Of a stretch of 64,000 bases of DNA, positions 7,377 through 17,410 are shown one piece after another. The DNA is from Enterobacteria phage KhF2: sequence record KT184314.1, one strand, 5' to 3'. Under the pieces are notes generated by a model. That model saw only the letters and a program-made list of their open reading frames with translations, did no database searches and had not been told where the DNA came from. Within the stretch, counting starts at the first letter, position 1, and every line of letters starts with the position of its first letter. A program made the position numbers and the translations under genes.

Positions 7377-7591
7377 AAATCGCAGATATTATAGATTTAT
7401 ATCAAACTGCAAAGAGTCATGGCTATATAACCTCAATTGGAAAGAATAGTCACTATGATGCTTTGACTGGAATGTATTTCAGGGCAATGGCTCAATCTAG
7501 TGAACAACACTTAATGGTTTCTTCCAGTGAGTTTACTTCGTTTCTCTATTGCAGCAAAATTATAAATCGCAGGAGAACTGAAAAATGTTAA
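7358..7591 (+). CDS. hypothetical protein
   Basis: ORF track; GAGG RBS. Confidence 0.3.
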   Translation: MCSSQLEIADIIDLYQTAKSHGYITSIGKNSHYDALTGMYFRAMAQSSEQHLMVSSSEFTSFLYCSKIINRRRTEKC

Positions 7592-8175
7592 CAGTAAGTT
7601 TTAATTACAATAGTGATGGCTCTGTATCAATTAATTCACCATATGCAAATGACCTTCTTAAAGAGCTAGTCAATCAGTGTGATAGAGGTCTTCACTATGT
7701 TCAAAATTCTTTTAAACAGAAGACTATTGCTAATAACTTGATGCGTGTAACAGTGACGCCATCGAATCCAAATTATGACTTTGATAGTGAAAGTCCGTAC
7801 TCATTAGTTGCGCTTGGAGAGAGCAGCCAATTCAAACTTGTTTGCCACGACTCAGAAACATTTCTTAAGGTATTTTCCAACCTTATCCATAATAATAAGT
7901 ACAGCTACGTTGATGGTAGTGTAAACTTCTATCCAGCAAACTATACATGTTTGTTGGTTGATAATATGAGAAAAAGTAAGCAAGAACCTACAGAAATTTC
8001 ATTTGATGTGAACTCTAGTCCAGACGCAGAAACAAGTAAGAACTTCGATATGAGTTACGCATTGTCACTCAGTAAGAAATCCGAGTTCATTGATTATGTC
8101 AATGGATTTGGTTTTAAGTTTGATGAGAGTATGAATCTTAAAAAACTTAAGAACCTACTTAAGACCAAAGCTTAA
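7585..8175 (+). CDS. hypothetical protein
   Basis: ORF track; AGGAGA RBS; followed by hairpin GGGGCtgatGCCCC. Confidence 0.5.
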   Translation: MLTVSFNYNSDGSVSINSPYANDLLKELVNQCDRGLHYVQNSFKQKTIANNLMRVTVTPSNPNYDFDSESPYSLVALGESSQFKLVCHDSETFLKVFSNLIHNNKYSYVDGSVNFYPANYTCLLVDNMRKSKQEPTEISFDVNSSPDAETSKNFDMSYALSLSKKSEFIDYVNGFGFKFDESMNLKKLKNLLKTKA

Positions 8176-8222
8176 GTGTGAATAGGGGCTGATGCCCCTT
8201 TAACTATTTATAAGGATATTTA

Positions 8223-8594
8223 ATGAAAGCTAAGAGTGCAAAAGACTTTTATTGCTTCCTACAATCCTATATCAATTCCGTGCAAAATGGTGAAAGGTAC
8301 AACCTTAATGATGTTATCCCGACACCTTTGACATGGAGACTAAGTAAATGGCCTGAAGAAGATATTACACCAACAATCGAACAACGCACCTACAAACCCG
8401 AAATCAATATTCCAGACTCTGAGAATCTATTATATCCAATGTTCCATATTGTTGGTCTTGGAAGATTCCTTATGGATATTCAGTATGTAATTGGTAAAGG
8501 TTATAAGGTTAAAGGTATTGTTGTTGGTGATGTATCTCCGCATCACAAAGGTTATTTTAGACTAAACGCACATTTAGAGGCTAAAAAGAAATGA
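8223..8594 (+). CDS. hypothetical protein, paralog of the N-terminal domain of the next gene
   Basis: Alignable by eye to residues 1-100 of 8591..9475 (shared ...RY...W...KP...LLY...MDLQY...). Confidence 0.55.
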   Translation: MKAKSAKDFYCFLQSYINSVQNGERYNLNDVIPTPLTWRLSKWPEEDITPTIEQRTYKPEINIPDSENLLYPMFHIVGLGRFLMDIQYVIGKGYKVKGIVVGDVSPHHKGYFRLNAHLEAKKK

Positions 8595-9475
8595 TTAAAG
8601 CAAAGACTTACCCAGACTTCAAAGAGTTTGTGAAGGGCTTCATTGCAAACGTAAAGGCTGGTAAGAGGTATGATTTTAGAACATATCAAGAGGCTATTTT
8701 ACCACTTACCTATAGCTCGTATTGGCCTGAAGCTGATATTGCAGAAGTTGAGAAGTTTGACTATAAACCAGACTATAAAGTTCCTTTTAGTGATGAACTC
8801 CTTTACAGTGTTGGTGCACAGATGAGAACTGCTGATTTCTTCATGGATTTGCAGTATGCAATCATCAATGGTAAAGATGTTGACACTATTTACTGTGAAT
8901 GGTTGGCAAGAGTTAAGCCGTTCTCAATGTTGAATGCTAAGCTGAAGGATGCTATCAAGCCACCAGCAATTACTCAGCAACCAACAGGTCAAACAGTCAA
9001 TGAGGGTGGCACACTTACCCTAAGCATTCTAGCAACTAACGCCACTGGATATCAGTGGAAGAAGGATGGTGAGGATATCCCTAGTGCCAATTCTGCAACT
9101 TACACAAAACAGTCAGTAGCACCTTCTGATGCTGGTTCATACACTTGTGTTGTATCTGGAGAGGGTGGAACAAGTGTTACCTCAGATGCAGCAACAGTGA
9201 CTGTGAATGCACTTCCAGTAATCACTCAACAGCCAACCAATCAAGAAATCACTGAAGGTGAAACCTTAACGCTGAATGTTGTGGCAACAGGTGCGACAGG
9301 TTACCAGTGGAAGAAAGGTGAGGAAGACATCCTCGATGCAACTACTGCAACTTACACCAAAGAAGGTGCAACCGCTGCTGATTCAGGAAGCTACACCTGT
9401 GTAGTGACTGGTGCAGGTGGTTCTGTAACGTCTAATGCTGCAACAGTTACTGTTAACCCAGCAGGGGAGGCATAA
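8591..9475 (+). CDS. protein with N-terminal paralog domain and two tandem Ig-like repeats
   Basis: Two about 80 aa repeats (TQQPT.Q...EG.TLTL...ATGATGYQWKK...SGSYTCVV.G.GG...TVTVN) typical of Ig-like folds. Confidence 0.55.
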   Translation: MIKAKTYPDFKEFVKGFIANVKAGKRYDFRTYQEAILPLTYSSYWPEADIAEVEKFDYKPDYKVPFSDELLYSVGAQMRTADFFMDLQYAIINGKDVDTIYCEWLARVKPFSMLNAKLKDAIKPPAITQQPTGQTVNEGGTLTLSILATNATGYQWKKDGEDIPSANSATYTKQSVAPSDAGSYTCVVSGEGGTSVTSDAATVTVNALPVITQQPTNQEITEGETLTLNVVATGATGYQWKKGEEDILDATTATYTKEGATAADSGSYTCVVTGAGGSVTSNAATVTVNPAGEA

Positions 9476-9939
9476 TGCAACTCTCAAGAAAAGGTTTAGA
9501 AGCTATTAAGTTCTTCGAAGGTCTTGAGTTAGAGGCTTACGAAGACTCTGCCGGAATCCCAACAATCGGGTATGGTACAATTCGTATTGACGGAAAACCT
9601 GTTAAGATGGGAATGAAAATCACCGCTGAACAAGCTGAACAGTATCTTCTCGCGGATGTTGAGAAGTTTGTTGCAGCAGTGAACAAAGCTATCAAGGTTC
9701 CAACTACTCAGAATGAGTTCGATGCACTTGTAAGTGAAACATACAACATCGGTATCACAGCTATGCAGGATTCCACATTTATCAAGCGCCACAATGCTGG
9801 TAATAAGGTAGGTTGTGCAGAAGCTATGCAGTGGTGGAACAAGGTTACAGTCAAAGGTAAGAAGGTCACTTCAAACGGTCTTAAAAACAGACGTAGGATG
9901 GAAGCTGACATTTATCTTGACAGTGTATACCCAAAGTAA
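9475..9939 (+). CDS. GH24 lysozyme (T4 e-type endolysin)
   Basis: E-x8-D-x5-T catalytic triad pattern (EGLELEAYEDSAGIPTIGYG) matching T4 lysozyme; followed by terminator. Confidence 0.8.
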   Translation: MQLSRKGLEAIKFFEGLELEAYEDSAGIPTIGYGTIRIDGKPVKMGMKITAEQAEQYLLADVEKFVAAVNKAIKVPTTQNEFDALVSETYNIGITAMQDSTFIKRHNAGNKVGCAEAMQWWNKVTVKGKKVTSNGLKNRRRMEADIYLDSVYPK

Positions 9940-9951
9940 TATCTTCATAGG

Positions 9952-9978
9952 CTCCTTCGGGAGCCTTTTTTATTTTCT
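9952..9978 (+). terminator. rho-independent terminator
   Basis: GGCTCC-ttcg-GGAGCC followed by TTTTTTATTTT. Confidence 0.7.
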
Positions 9979-9990
9979 AAGGAGAAAACT

Positions 9991-10389
9991 ATGAAACTTT
10001 GGGCTAGTGACTTTGGAACTTTTAAGTACACTCGTAATGGCTCGCTTGTACGCATTGTAGGAAACAATGTGGTTTCAAGAGGCGACAAGGTATATACACG
10101 GTTTACTGTAGAACTTGTTGAATTGTCACCTATTGAGTCTGTGAACAATGGCCTGTTCAAGTTTGAGACTTACAATGTCAACGAACATGGACAATTCAAC
10201 CCTCTTGGTGAAAGTGGACTTGATATTATTTCAGAGCACCCATTGACAAAAGAGCAACTCGCAAGTTATTATAAAACTGTTCTGGAAAGGCAGTTAGCAA
10301 CACATGAACAAGAAGCTAACTATCATTTACAACATTGCGAAGCTTTAAGAGCAAAAATAGAACAAGCAGAGAGAGGTTTTTATGAATAA
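9991..10389 (+). CDS. hypothetical protein
   Basis: ORF track; GGAG RBS. Confidence 0.5.
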   Translation: MKLWASDFGTFKYTRNGSLVRIVGNNVVSRGDKVYTRFTVELVELSPIESVNNGLFKFETYNVNEHGQFNPLGESGLDIISEHPLTKEQLASYYKTVLERQLATHEQEANYHLQHCEALRAKIEQAERGFYE

Positions 10390-10771
10390 AGAGATTCAAG
10401 TAAAAGTTGACACCTTTGGCCATGATGGTCGAGAAGATGCTGGACTTGCTGACGCAGTGATTTTTGAGTGTAATGGAAATATTAGTCTTCGCTTTACAGG
10501 CTCAGGTAGCACCCTTCGCAGAATGCGAGATGATGCAGATGGTTGCCCTGTATTTGGTTGGTATGACATGGAGTTTCCTCTTTACGCCATCCATTATCCA
10601 GATGGTGGAGAAGACTGGACAACTCAATCAATCCGCGATGAGCTTAATGGCATTCCAGTTGAGCAAGAAGAGCAAGAGCCTGTTGAACTCACATTCACTT
10701 TTATCAAAGAAGAGAAAGTTGGTGATTTGTCTGTAACTGAAGCAATTCAAGTCTCACAGGTTATTCGTTAA
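10382..10771 (+). CDS. hypothetical acidic protein
   Basis: ORF track; start overlaps previous stop. Confidence 0.5.
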   Translation: MNKEIQVKVDTFGHDGREDAGLADAVIFECNGNISLRFTGSGSTLRRMRDDADGCPVFGWYDMEFPLYAIHYPDGGEDWTTQSIRDELNGIPVEQEEQEPVELTFTFIKEEKVGDLSVTEAIQVSQVIR

Positions 10772-11064
10772 TGAGTAAAGTACAGGTTGTTTTCCCTATT
10801 TGTGACTTCTCACTAGAGCGTGAACTTGACCTGTACGAAGAAATTACTGACGAAATTATCTGGTCTGTTGTAGAAGAGGCTATCAAGAAGCTGTATGGTG
10901 GCCTCTTAAATCCATCAAGTAAGAAGTTAAGCACTAAGCAAGTAGCTGACCCATATGTTTCATACGATGCCTACAACAAGCCTTTTGAAAATACCTGCTT
11001 TGACCTTATGGTAGGTAATAACAAAGTCAACTATTTCTTCGTCAGAGAGTTTAACGATGAGTAA
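10771..11064 (+). CDS. hypothetical protein
   Basis: ORF track; coupled starts. Confidence 0.5.
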   Translation: MSKVQVVFPICDFSLERELDLYEEITDEIIWSVVEEAIKKLYGGLLNPSSKKLSTKQVADPYVSYDAYNKPFENTCFDLMVGNNKVNYFFVREFNDE

Positions 11065-11401
11065 GCTCCATGTCACAGTTTACAAAAACTTCTCAGATAT
11101 CAAAGAGTCTTTAACAAATAAGCTTGACTTACAACGTAAAAGACTCTTTTTAATGTATGACATAGACAACTACAACCATCCTAAAGAGTTTAACTACAAA
11201 GATGGTACAAAGGTTGTTGAGTTTGAAGATTCTGTGACGGTGTATGTCAAGCATGACTTACCAGCAAAGTATATAGGGATGTTAGAGTACTACATATTCA
11301 AACACACTGGTATGCGTGGTGAGTCTGTCAAGATATCTTCTATAGAAGTTTTTGAGAAACCTAACACACAACTTAAAAAGTATTTAATGAGGAAACTGTA
11401 A
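11057..11401 (+). CDS. hypothetical protein
   Basis: ORF track. Confidence 0.5.
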   Translation: MSKLHVTVYKNFSDIKESLTNKLDLQRKRLFLMYDIDNYNHPKEFNYKDGTKVVEFEDSVTVYVKHDLPAKYIGMLEYYIFKHTGMRGESVKISSIEVFEKPNTQLKKYLMRKL

Positions 11402-11991
11402 TGTCCGAAGAGCAACAGAATATTACCCCACAAGTAACACTAGTCCAACATTTTGGGAACATTGAAGGTTGTGTTGCACTTTTTCAACCAAATATCAATT
11501 CTCCTGCAAAAGTCTGTAAGTTGACTATGAATGTCAACAATATCAGTGTTTGCCTTGTTGACGAAGTACAATACTTCAAATTCAATGACAGAGAAGTTGA
11601 TGCTGCACTATTGAAGTATCGAGCAAGCCTCGAAAAAGATATTGACCACAAAGAACTTGTAACACTGTTTGGTGACCTTCACAAGCTTCTTGAAAAGGTT
11701 ATTAAGCGTACATACTACATGAACAATGGTTCAATCATCACAACTTTGATTTCTCCATGTATCTCAGAGCCAATTCTGACTGATGAAGGTGGATACTACG
11801 TAGTGGCATCAGCAGATTCTGATTGGTGGATGAAAAATACAGCACTTAAGACAGTTATTGAGGCTATTCGTGAGCATATCCCTTCATTCAGCCCGTGGAA
11901 AGGTAAAGGTGATGACTTTATCGCACTATTGAGTGAAGAAAGTAGCAAACGCAGTGCATTAATGCCTAAGAAGTACTCTTGCCGAGTATAA
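11401..11991 (+). CDS. hypothetical protein
   Basis: ORF track. Confidence 0.5.
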   Translation: MSEEQQNITPQVTLVQHFGNIEGCVALFQPNINSPAKVCKLTMNVNNISVCLVDEVQYFKFNDREVDAALLKYRASLEKDIDHKELVTLFGDLHKLLEKVIKRTYYMNNGSIITTLISPCISEPILTDEGGYYVVASADSDWWMKNTALKTVIEAIREHIPSFSPWKGKGDDFIALLSEESSKRSALMPKKYSCRV

Positions 11992-12063
11992 AATATTGAC
12001 TATAATGGGAGCTATCGAGAGGTAGTTCCCTTTTTAGCTTCTTAAGAAGATGCGTGGTGAAAA

Positions 12064-12282
12064 ATGAAAAAACTAACTACAGTTGAAGATTACTACAAAC
12101 TGTCCCTATTAGAACAATATCGTAGGAGTCAGAATATCAGAAAATGCTATGGTAAACACGCTGAAGGTGACTTTTACCGTTGCTACGATGCAGATTTAAA
12201 AGGTGTAACACCTAGAGGGAAAGTCCTGCAAAGACTTGTTGACCTTGAGTGGAATAAACGATTGAGAGGGATTGGAAAATGA
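12064..12282 (+). CDS. hypothetical protein
   Basis: ORF track. Confidence 0.4.
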   Translation: MKKLTTVEDYYKLSLLEQYRRSQNIRKCYGKHAEGDFYRCYDADLKGVTPRGKVLQRLVDLEWNKRLRGIGK

Positions 12283-12782
12283 TTTATGAAGAAAGATACA
12301 AAATAGACTATCAAGATACTCGTCATCACACCTCTTTGAGAGTAACCAAACCAAATGGGGATACTGGTATCATAGCGCATTTTGGTGGTGATTATTGGTA
12401 TGGTACAGGTTGCTTTGAAGGCTACACTCAAGAATACTTGAAAGCTTTCTACAGAGACTTTACAAATGACTACAACAGGGTTGTTGAAGAGAAGAATAAG
12501 TGCATTAAGCATGAATACCATGCCAGAGGTTGTCTGAATATTGCTATGATACTGGTTTTCTTCTTAGCAACATTACTAGCTGTATCAGCAATCAGCTACA
12601 TAGCTCAAGACTTGACCATTACACAGATTACTGCAAAGTTGCATGATGTCTGGTACTTGTATGCTGTTCCTTTAGCTGGTATCATAATCTCACTACTAAG
12701 ATTCAGAGTTCATAAGAAACGGCTTAAGGACTCTGAGGTTAAACTTGAAGAGGTAAGTAAAGAATGCAACCTACAATTATAG
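12279..12782 (+). CDS. hypothetical protein with C-terminal transmembrane helix
   Basis: ORF track; hydrophobic stretch LNIAMILVFFLATLLAVSAISYIA. Confidence 0.5.
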   Translation: MIYEERYKIDYQDTRHHTSLRVTKPNGDTGIIAHFGGDYWYGTGCFEGYTQEYLKAFYRDFTNDYNRVVEEKNKCIKHEYHARGCLNIAMILVFFLATLLAVSAISYIAQDLTITQITAKLHDVWYLYAVPLAGIIISLLRFRVHKKRLKDSEVKLEEVSKECNLQL

Positions 12783-12858
12783 CTGTATGTGTTCGTTTTG
12801 CAATCGCTGAAATGATTAACAAGGCAATCTTAAAAGATGCCTATGGAGAGACTAAGTA

Positions 12859-13083
12859 ATGATTAAGACACCTGTACCAATTTTTGGATTTCCTTCTATA
12901 GAAGAGTTCAAAGTTTATCTTGACAAAAACTTCTACAACGAGCAGCCTGTTACTTTGCTGAAGAGTGACTTATCAGAGCTTCTTGATATGGTTATCAAGG
13001 CAACTTCTGAGAAGGAACCTGAGCAGAAAGCTGAGAAGAAGACTAGTAAGAAATCTGATAAGAAGACTGAAAAGTCTGAGTAG
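12859..13083 (+). CDS. hypothetical protein with lysine-rich C-terminus
   Basis: ORF track. Confidence 0.4.
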   Translation: MIKTPVPIFGFPSIEEFKVYLDKNFYNEQPVTLLKSDLSELLDMVIKATSEKEPEQKAEKKTSKKSDKKTEKSE

Positions 13084-13136
13084 TAACTTGAGGGGTTACT
13101 TGATAGCCCCTTTGTAGAAACTTAGAAGGTAGCGAA

Positions 13137-13559
13137 ATGAAAGAGCTTATTGGTAAAAGATTGACAGTTTACTGCTCTAAAACAAAGAAACCACTCACTT
13201 CTGTGAAGGTTTTTGATGTTGACACCACTGGTGTAGAGTACCCAATCCAATGCACAATAATTACTCCATTCAATGCAGATGATATGGATTTTAAAGAGTG
13301 TGAAGTGATATCTTTTAATGCTGATGGGTATTGGAGAGGTAAGTTAAACAAGCAATCAAAAGATTTTGATATGCAAATCCTTATCAATGAAGGCTATATC
13401 TGTGTAAAAGATATCCTCGTAGAAGCCTATGAAGAAGGTATAATTGATATTGTGCATGATGTTGAAAAAGCTTTAAAGCTTGTTATGCCGCATTTAGAAT
13501 CTGGAAAGCTGACTTTAGAGATGCTTAATAGGGTTATTCGGAGAGCTTATGAAAATTAA
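13137..13559 (+). CDS. hypothetical protein
   Basis: ORF track. Confidence 0.5.
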   Translation: MKELIGKRLTVYCSKTKKPLTSVKVFDVDTTGVEYPIQCTIITPFNADDMDFKECEVISFNADGYWRGKLNKQSKDFDMQILINEGYICVKDILVEAYEEGIIDIVHDVEKALKLVMPHLESGKLTLEMLNRVIRRAYEN

Positions 13560-14013
13560 AGAAGTAGTGCAAAGAGCAATGCTTGACAATTCTACTAAAG
13601 ATGAGATGTACACAGAAATTTGTGATAAGTTGAACTGCTCAAGACATGCTGCTAAGGTTCTTGTACATTGTTTTATTTGGGAATGCTCAGAAGCCTATAT
13701 GAAACACGTAGCTTTTGAGAGTTCTCATTTACTCGGTGATGCAAAAATAGGTGTAGCACTAAAAGAGCCTGAGATGAAAACAGTACCTAAAGTTGGTAAT
13801 GTGTATAAACTAAAAAATTTTATTACAGGCGAGATTGTTGCAGAAGGTGAAGTGCAACAGGTTTATCATGATGGTAAATATCTGTTTAAGATATTCGAGT
13901 ATGATAGTCGTTACAGACACTTATGTGGTATTACATTTTTAGTTTCAGAGGATGACCTCATCAAGAACAATAGTAATAAATTCGCAGTACCAGAATATCA
14001 AGTTTTACGATAA
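13549..14013 (+). CDS. hypothetical protein
   Basis: ORF track. Confidence 0.5.
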   Translation: MKIKEVVQRAMLDNSTKDEMYTEICDKLNCSRHAAKVLVHCFIWECSEAYMKHVAFESSHLLGDAKIGVALKEPEMKTVPKVGNVYKLKNFITGEIVAEGEVQQVYHDGKYLFKIFEYDSRYRHLCGITFLVSEDDLIKNNSNKFAVPEYQVLR

Positions 14014-14026
14014 TGGTGTGATAGAT

Positions 14027-14575
14027 ATGGAAAAAGATAACTTAAAAGAAGTTGAAGGTAACTACTTAGTACTTGACTGGAAGGATGTTCGGGAAGCACT
14101 CTCCGAAGAAAATCTTGACTGGTTCGAACAAATTATCTTTGCAGTACGGCATAACAGAGAAGTTGAAAATGGTAAAGAGCCACTTGAAGGAATCTTTGTA
14201 GAAAGGTCTTATCCGTTCTATGAAGACACTTTGCAGAAAGTTAAGATGTACTTTAAACAGAAGAACCGTAAAGTGGTCACTATGGTATCTCTTGGTGGAC
14301 AGAGTATGTCTGTGATGGAAGATATCAACCCTAAGAGACCGAGTAAAGGTGTTTGTATAAAAATCACAGGTCATGAAGAGTATATCTCAGTTGATGACTT
14401 TAGTGCATTCTGTAATGGCTCTTGTGTCTTTAATGGTTTTCACTATGATATCCGAGTGTACCCAATCAAGGGAGATGATATCATGATGCAGGTATTTGAT
14501 AACAACAACGGATTTACTCATTTTTATCAGACAACCAAGTCATCATTAAAAACAGTTCTGGAAACACTGATTTAA
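14027..14575 (+). CDS. hypothetical protein (start moved to internal Met to remove 62 nt overlap)
   Basis: ORF track 13952..14575; in-frame ATG at 14027. Confidence 0.45.
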   Translation: MEKDNLKEVEGNYLVLDWKDVREALSEENLDWFEQIIFAVRHNREVENGKEPLEGIFVERSYPFYEDTLQKVKMYFKQKNRKVVTMVSLGGQSMSVMEDINPKRPSKGVCIKITGHEEYISVDDFSAFCNGSCVFNGFHYDIRVYPIKGDDIMMQVFDNNNGFTHFYQTTKSSLKTVLETLI

Positions 14576-14585
14576 AATATCTTAA

Positions 14586-14614
14586 GAGCCTCCTTAATCG
14601 GGGGCTTTTTTATT
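14586..14614 (+). terminator. rho-independent terminator ending the plus-strand block
   Basis: AGCCTCC-ttaatc-GGGGGCT followed by TTTTTTATT. Confidence 0.65.
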
Positions 14615-14619
14615 GAGTA

Positions 14620-16100
14620 AAATTTACGAAATTTATATTTTTTATAAAAATTTTATCGGTTGTCCCAACCTCTGGGTCACCATCATATGTGAATAAAGTA
14701 TCTACCCTTCTTAACAACCTTCTTAAGCTTACTCTCTATATAGTTATATAGTACTATATAGTATCTTAGTAACTATCTAGTGGTCTTAATAGCCCTCTGT
14801 ATAGCCCTTCTAAACACTCTTCTAACAAGCCTTCTTAACAACCTATACAATCACCTTAACCATCTCTCTACATCCTCTTAGAAGCTCCTATACACCTCTT
14901 AATCTCTATGTCAGCTATGATACTCTCTATAGGTGTTCACTAGGTGCTACTAAGCCTCTATATAGACTGTTTTAACAAACTTAACAGGAATGTCTTCACA
15001 GACCTTATCTCACAAGGTCTAACACGGTACTAACAAGGTATCTTATAAGCCTGTTATTACCTGTATTTTAGAAAGACTGTATAGGTAATTATTCAGATTT
15101 TTAAAATTTTTATAAAATAGGACTATCAAGTCATTTTTTAGGGTCTTTGAAGGAACTGAAAAATATCTGTAGAAGATGTATATCTGCTTGGTAGCCCTTA
15201 ACAACTCCCTTACAAGTACTTTGCAAAATTTTAAAATATCATTAACAATTCCTTAACAACTCTCTCAAGTTCTTAACATCTCTTCAGAGGTCTTAACAGA
15301 TTCTTAACAGAACTAACAAGGTTGTAACAAGTTCTTAACAGTTGATACATAGGCTTTACAGAATCTTAACAGATGACTAACAAGAGCTAACAAGTTAATT
15401 TTTAAGAGTTATTTTGTTAAGATAATTAACAAGTCTCTAATAAGTGTTTAATCTTTTTAACAAGCTATTAACATGGTCACTACTCTTTTCTTATCGTTCC
15501 CTTTCCTTTCTTAGTGATTCTTTAAACATACCTCTTAAAAGCTCTCTATAGCCCCTTGTAAGCCCTTTTAAGCCTCTTCCTAGTAATTACACCCCAACTG
15601 TACAGATACCTCTTTATAGGGCTTTACAGGAGCTTTTAAGGCTATGTCAAAGGTTCTTACAAGGCTTTTACGTGGTCTTAACAGAGATTTAACAAGGGGC
15701 TAACAAGTCTCTAACAAGTGCCTTAAAAGCATAACTATGTAGGGATTGTTAAGAAATTGTTAAGAAAATGTTAAGGGGGCTAGCATTTACGTAACTTTTA
15801 AGCAACTTCAAAGTAACTTTATAGCCCCTATAACATACTTTTAAGACACTAACAAGCCCTTTTTAGATATTCACAAGAATACTAATGAGATGATAAAGCT
15901 TACACCCTTATAAGATTCTTTTAAGTCTCTGGGAAGCTTTATAAAGGGCTTTTAAGGGTGAGGTAATGCAATCCCTTAAGTTAGGTTGATAAGGCTGTTA
16001 TAGAGCTTTATAGAGCGTTTAAATGGGCCATCCCCTTTCTGGGGTTATTGGCTTTTATTTAAGTTGATTTGATAAGAGGTTATAGAGTAGACTATAGAGT
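14620..16100. repeat. non-coding iteron field: more than 30 copies of (C)TTAACA(A/G) / CTAACAAG in both orientations
   Basis: No ORF of 60 aa or more on either strand; motif recurs every 10-40 bp (e.g. 15291-15400 has ten copies); lies where convergent transcription units meet. Confidence 0.7.
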
Positions 16101-16167
16101 TATTGTTTTTAAGGTCTGATAAGATTCTGGAAAGGAAAGGAAAAGGATTGTATAGAGGCTATTACAT

Positions 16168-16195
16168 AGACGTAAAAAGCCCCATTTTAAGGGGC
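16168..16195 (-). terminator. rho-independent terminator ending the minus-strand small-gene array
   Basis: Minus-strand reading AGCCCCTTAAAATGGGGCT followed by TTTTTAC. Confidence 0.6.
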
Positions 16196-16234
16196 TGTTC
16201 AGGTATCTGGGGCTATTTAGCCCCGTTGCGTCGA

Positions 16235-16483
16235 TTAGTTATAATCTTGTTTGTTGTAGTACAGGGAGACGATTTTTTCTCCCCAATAGTGATAAGTATA
16301 ACCATCCTTGAGAACTTCTTGTTTTGTTTCCTCCCAGAACTCATCCGAAGGATTATAATCTTTGATGGTCTGACTGATAAGACATTTCACCATTTCAAAG
16401 GCGTTATCAGTGCCTGCAATGTCAAATTTAACATCCAGAGAGGAAAAACCGAACTCGTTAACAGTAGCGCGGATAGTTGCCAT
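16235..16483 (-). CDS. hypothetical small protein (array gene 1)
   Basis: ORF track; conserved leader module directly upstream. Confidence 0.55.
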   Translation of the reverse strand: MATIRATVNEFGFSSLDVKFDIAGTDNAFEMVKCLISQTIKDYNPSDEFWEETKQEVLKDGYTYHYWGEKIVSLYYNKQDYN

Positions 16484-16549
16484 TTTTGAATCTCCTAGTT
16501 TAAGGGTTTTATTTAGTGGGGAGGTTATCGCCTCCCGTTGATTAGTAAT
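16484..16549. repeat. leader module, subfamily A (hairpin GGGAGG...CCTCCC + conserved RBS)
   Basis: Shares TAGTGGGGA(A)GG...CCTCCCCGTTGAT and RBS block CTAAACTGGAGATTC with six other copies. Confidence 0.7.
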
Positions 16550-16813
16550 TTACTGCATATTGGCGTATGTTGCAAGCCTTTTTTCGTTGTATTTTGTAAG
16601 AATCTCACAAGATACAACATCATACTTTGTAACAGCGTTGCCTTTATCGAGGTCAAAAAAGCCAAACGCTTTACCATCTTTGAATCCGACAACTTCGTAA
16701 GATTCTTTGATGATTTCACCATTGAACAAATCACTTTCGATACGGTGAAATAATGCTACATCTTCTTTGTCGGTTGCAATTTGTAAAAGTGTGGTTAATT
16801 CTACGTTTTCCAT
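16550..16813 (-). CDS. hypothetical small protein (array gene 2)
   Basis: ORF track; leader module upstream. Confidence 0.55.
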   Translation of the reverse strand: MENVELTTLLQIATDKEDVALFHRIESDLFNGEIIKESYEVVGFKDGKAFGFFDLDKGNAVTKYDVVSCEILTKYNEKRLATYANMQ

Positions 16814-16879
16814 CTTGATAACTCCAGTTTAGGATTTTATTTAGTGGGAAAGGTCATTCCCTCCCCGTTGATTGACAAT
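16814..16879. repeat. leader module, subfamily A
   Basis: Conserved sequence with other A copies. Confidence 0.7.
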
Positions 16880-17410
16880 TTACAGACTTTTGATTGTCTC
16901 GTCAATATCTTTTTCAATATCTTTTAAAGTTTTTTCTAAGTTCTTGATATTGAACGTTAAACCTTCACCAAGAGTCTTAGAGTAACCACTAGGACGTAAA
17001 TTATACAGTTTAATTTCTTCCACTTTAAAGAGGCTAGCTAACTCACCGTTTACATCATAAGCCATTGAAACAGTATTTGCAGGTGCATTGTAAAACTTGT
17101 TTAGTGACTTGATAGAACGTTCATAAGCCATTTTATAACCGTTTAAAAGGCTTTTAACGTGGTTGTGAACGTTTTTACACTCATCTAGATAAATCTCTAA
17201 GAATAACGGTAATAATTCCGCTACAGCTTGCATAAAGTGAGAGACTACAACGGTTGAGACATTACGACGATGAACGTAATAAGCCCCGTTTTCTGATTTG
17301 GTGATTGTTGCGAAATGTACCCCATTACAACGAAATTCGTATGTATCTTTTACAGGCTTAGACATTACAGCATTTGAACGAATGAAGTTGATAGCTTGAA
17401 ATTTGTTCAT
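16880..17410 (-). CDS. hypothetical protein (array gene 3, 176 aa)
   Basis: ORF track; leader module upstream. Confidence 0.55.
   Translation of the reverse strand: MNKFQAINFIRSNAVMSKPVKDTYEFRCNGVHFATITKSENGAYYVHRRNVSTVVVSHFMQAVAELLPLFLEIYLDECKNVHNHVKSLLNGYKMAYERSIKSLNKFYNAPANTVSMAYDVNGELASLFKVEEIKLYNLRPSGYSKTLGEGLTFNIKNLEKTLKDIEKDIDETIKSL

Noticed and set aside
12279-12782. Possible holin (C-terminal TM helix) near the lysozyme
   Set aside because: Only one TM segment, at the C-terminus of a 167 aa protein and 2.5 kb from the lysozyme; does not fit a typical holin. Kept as a hypothetical membrane protein.
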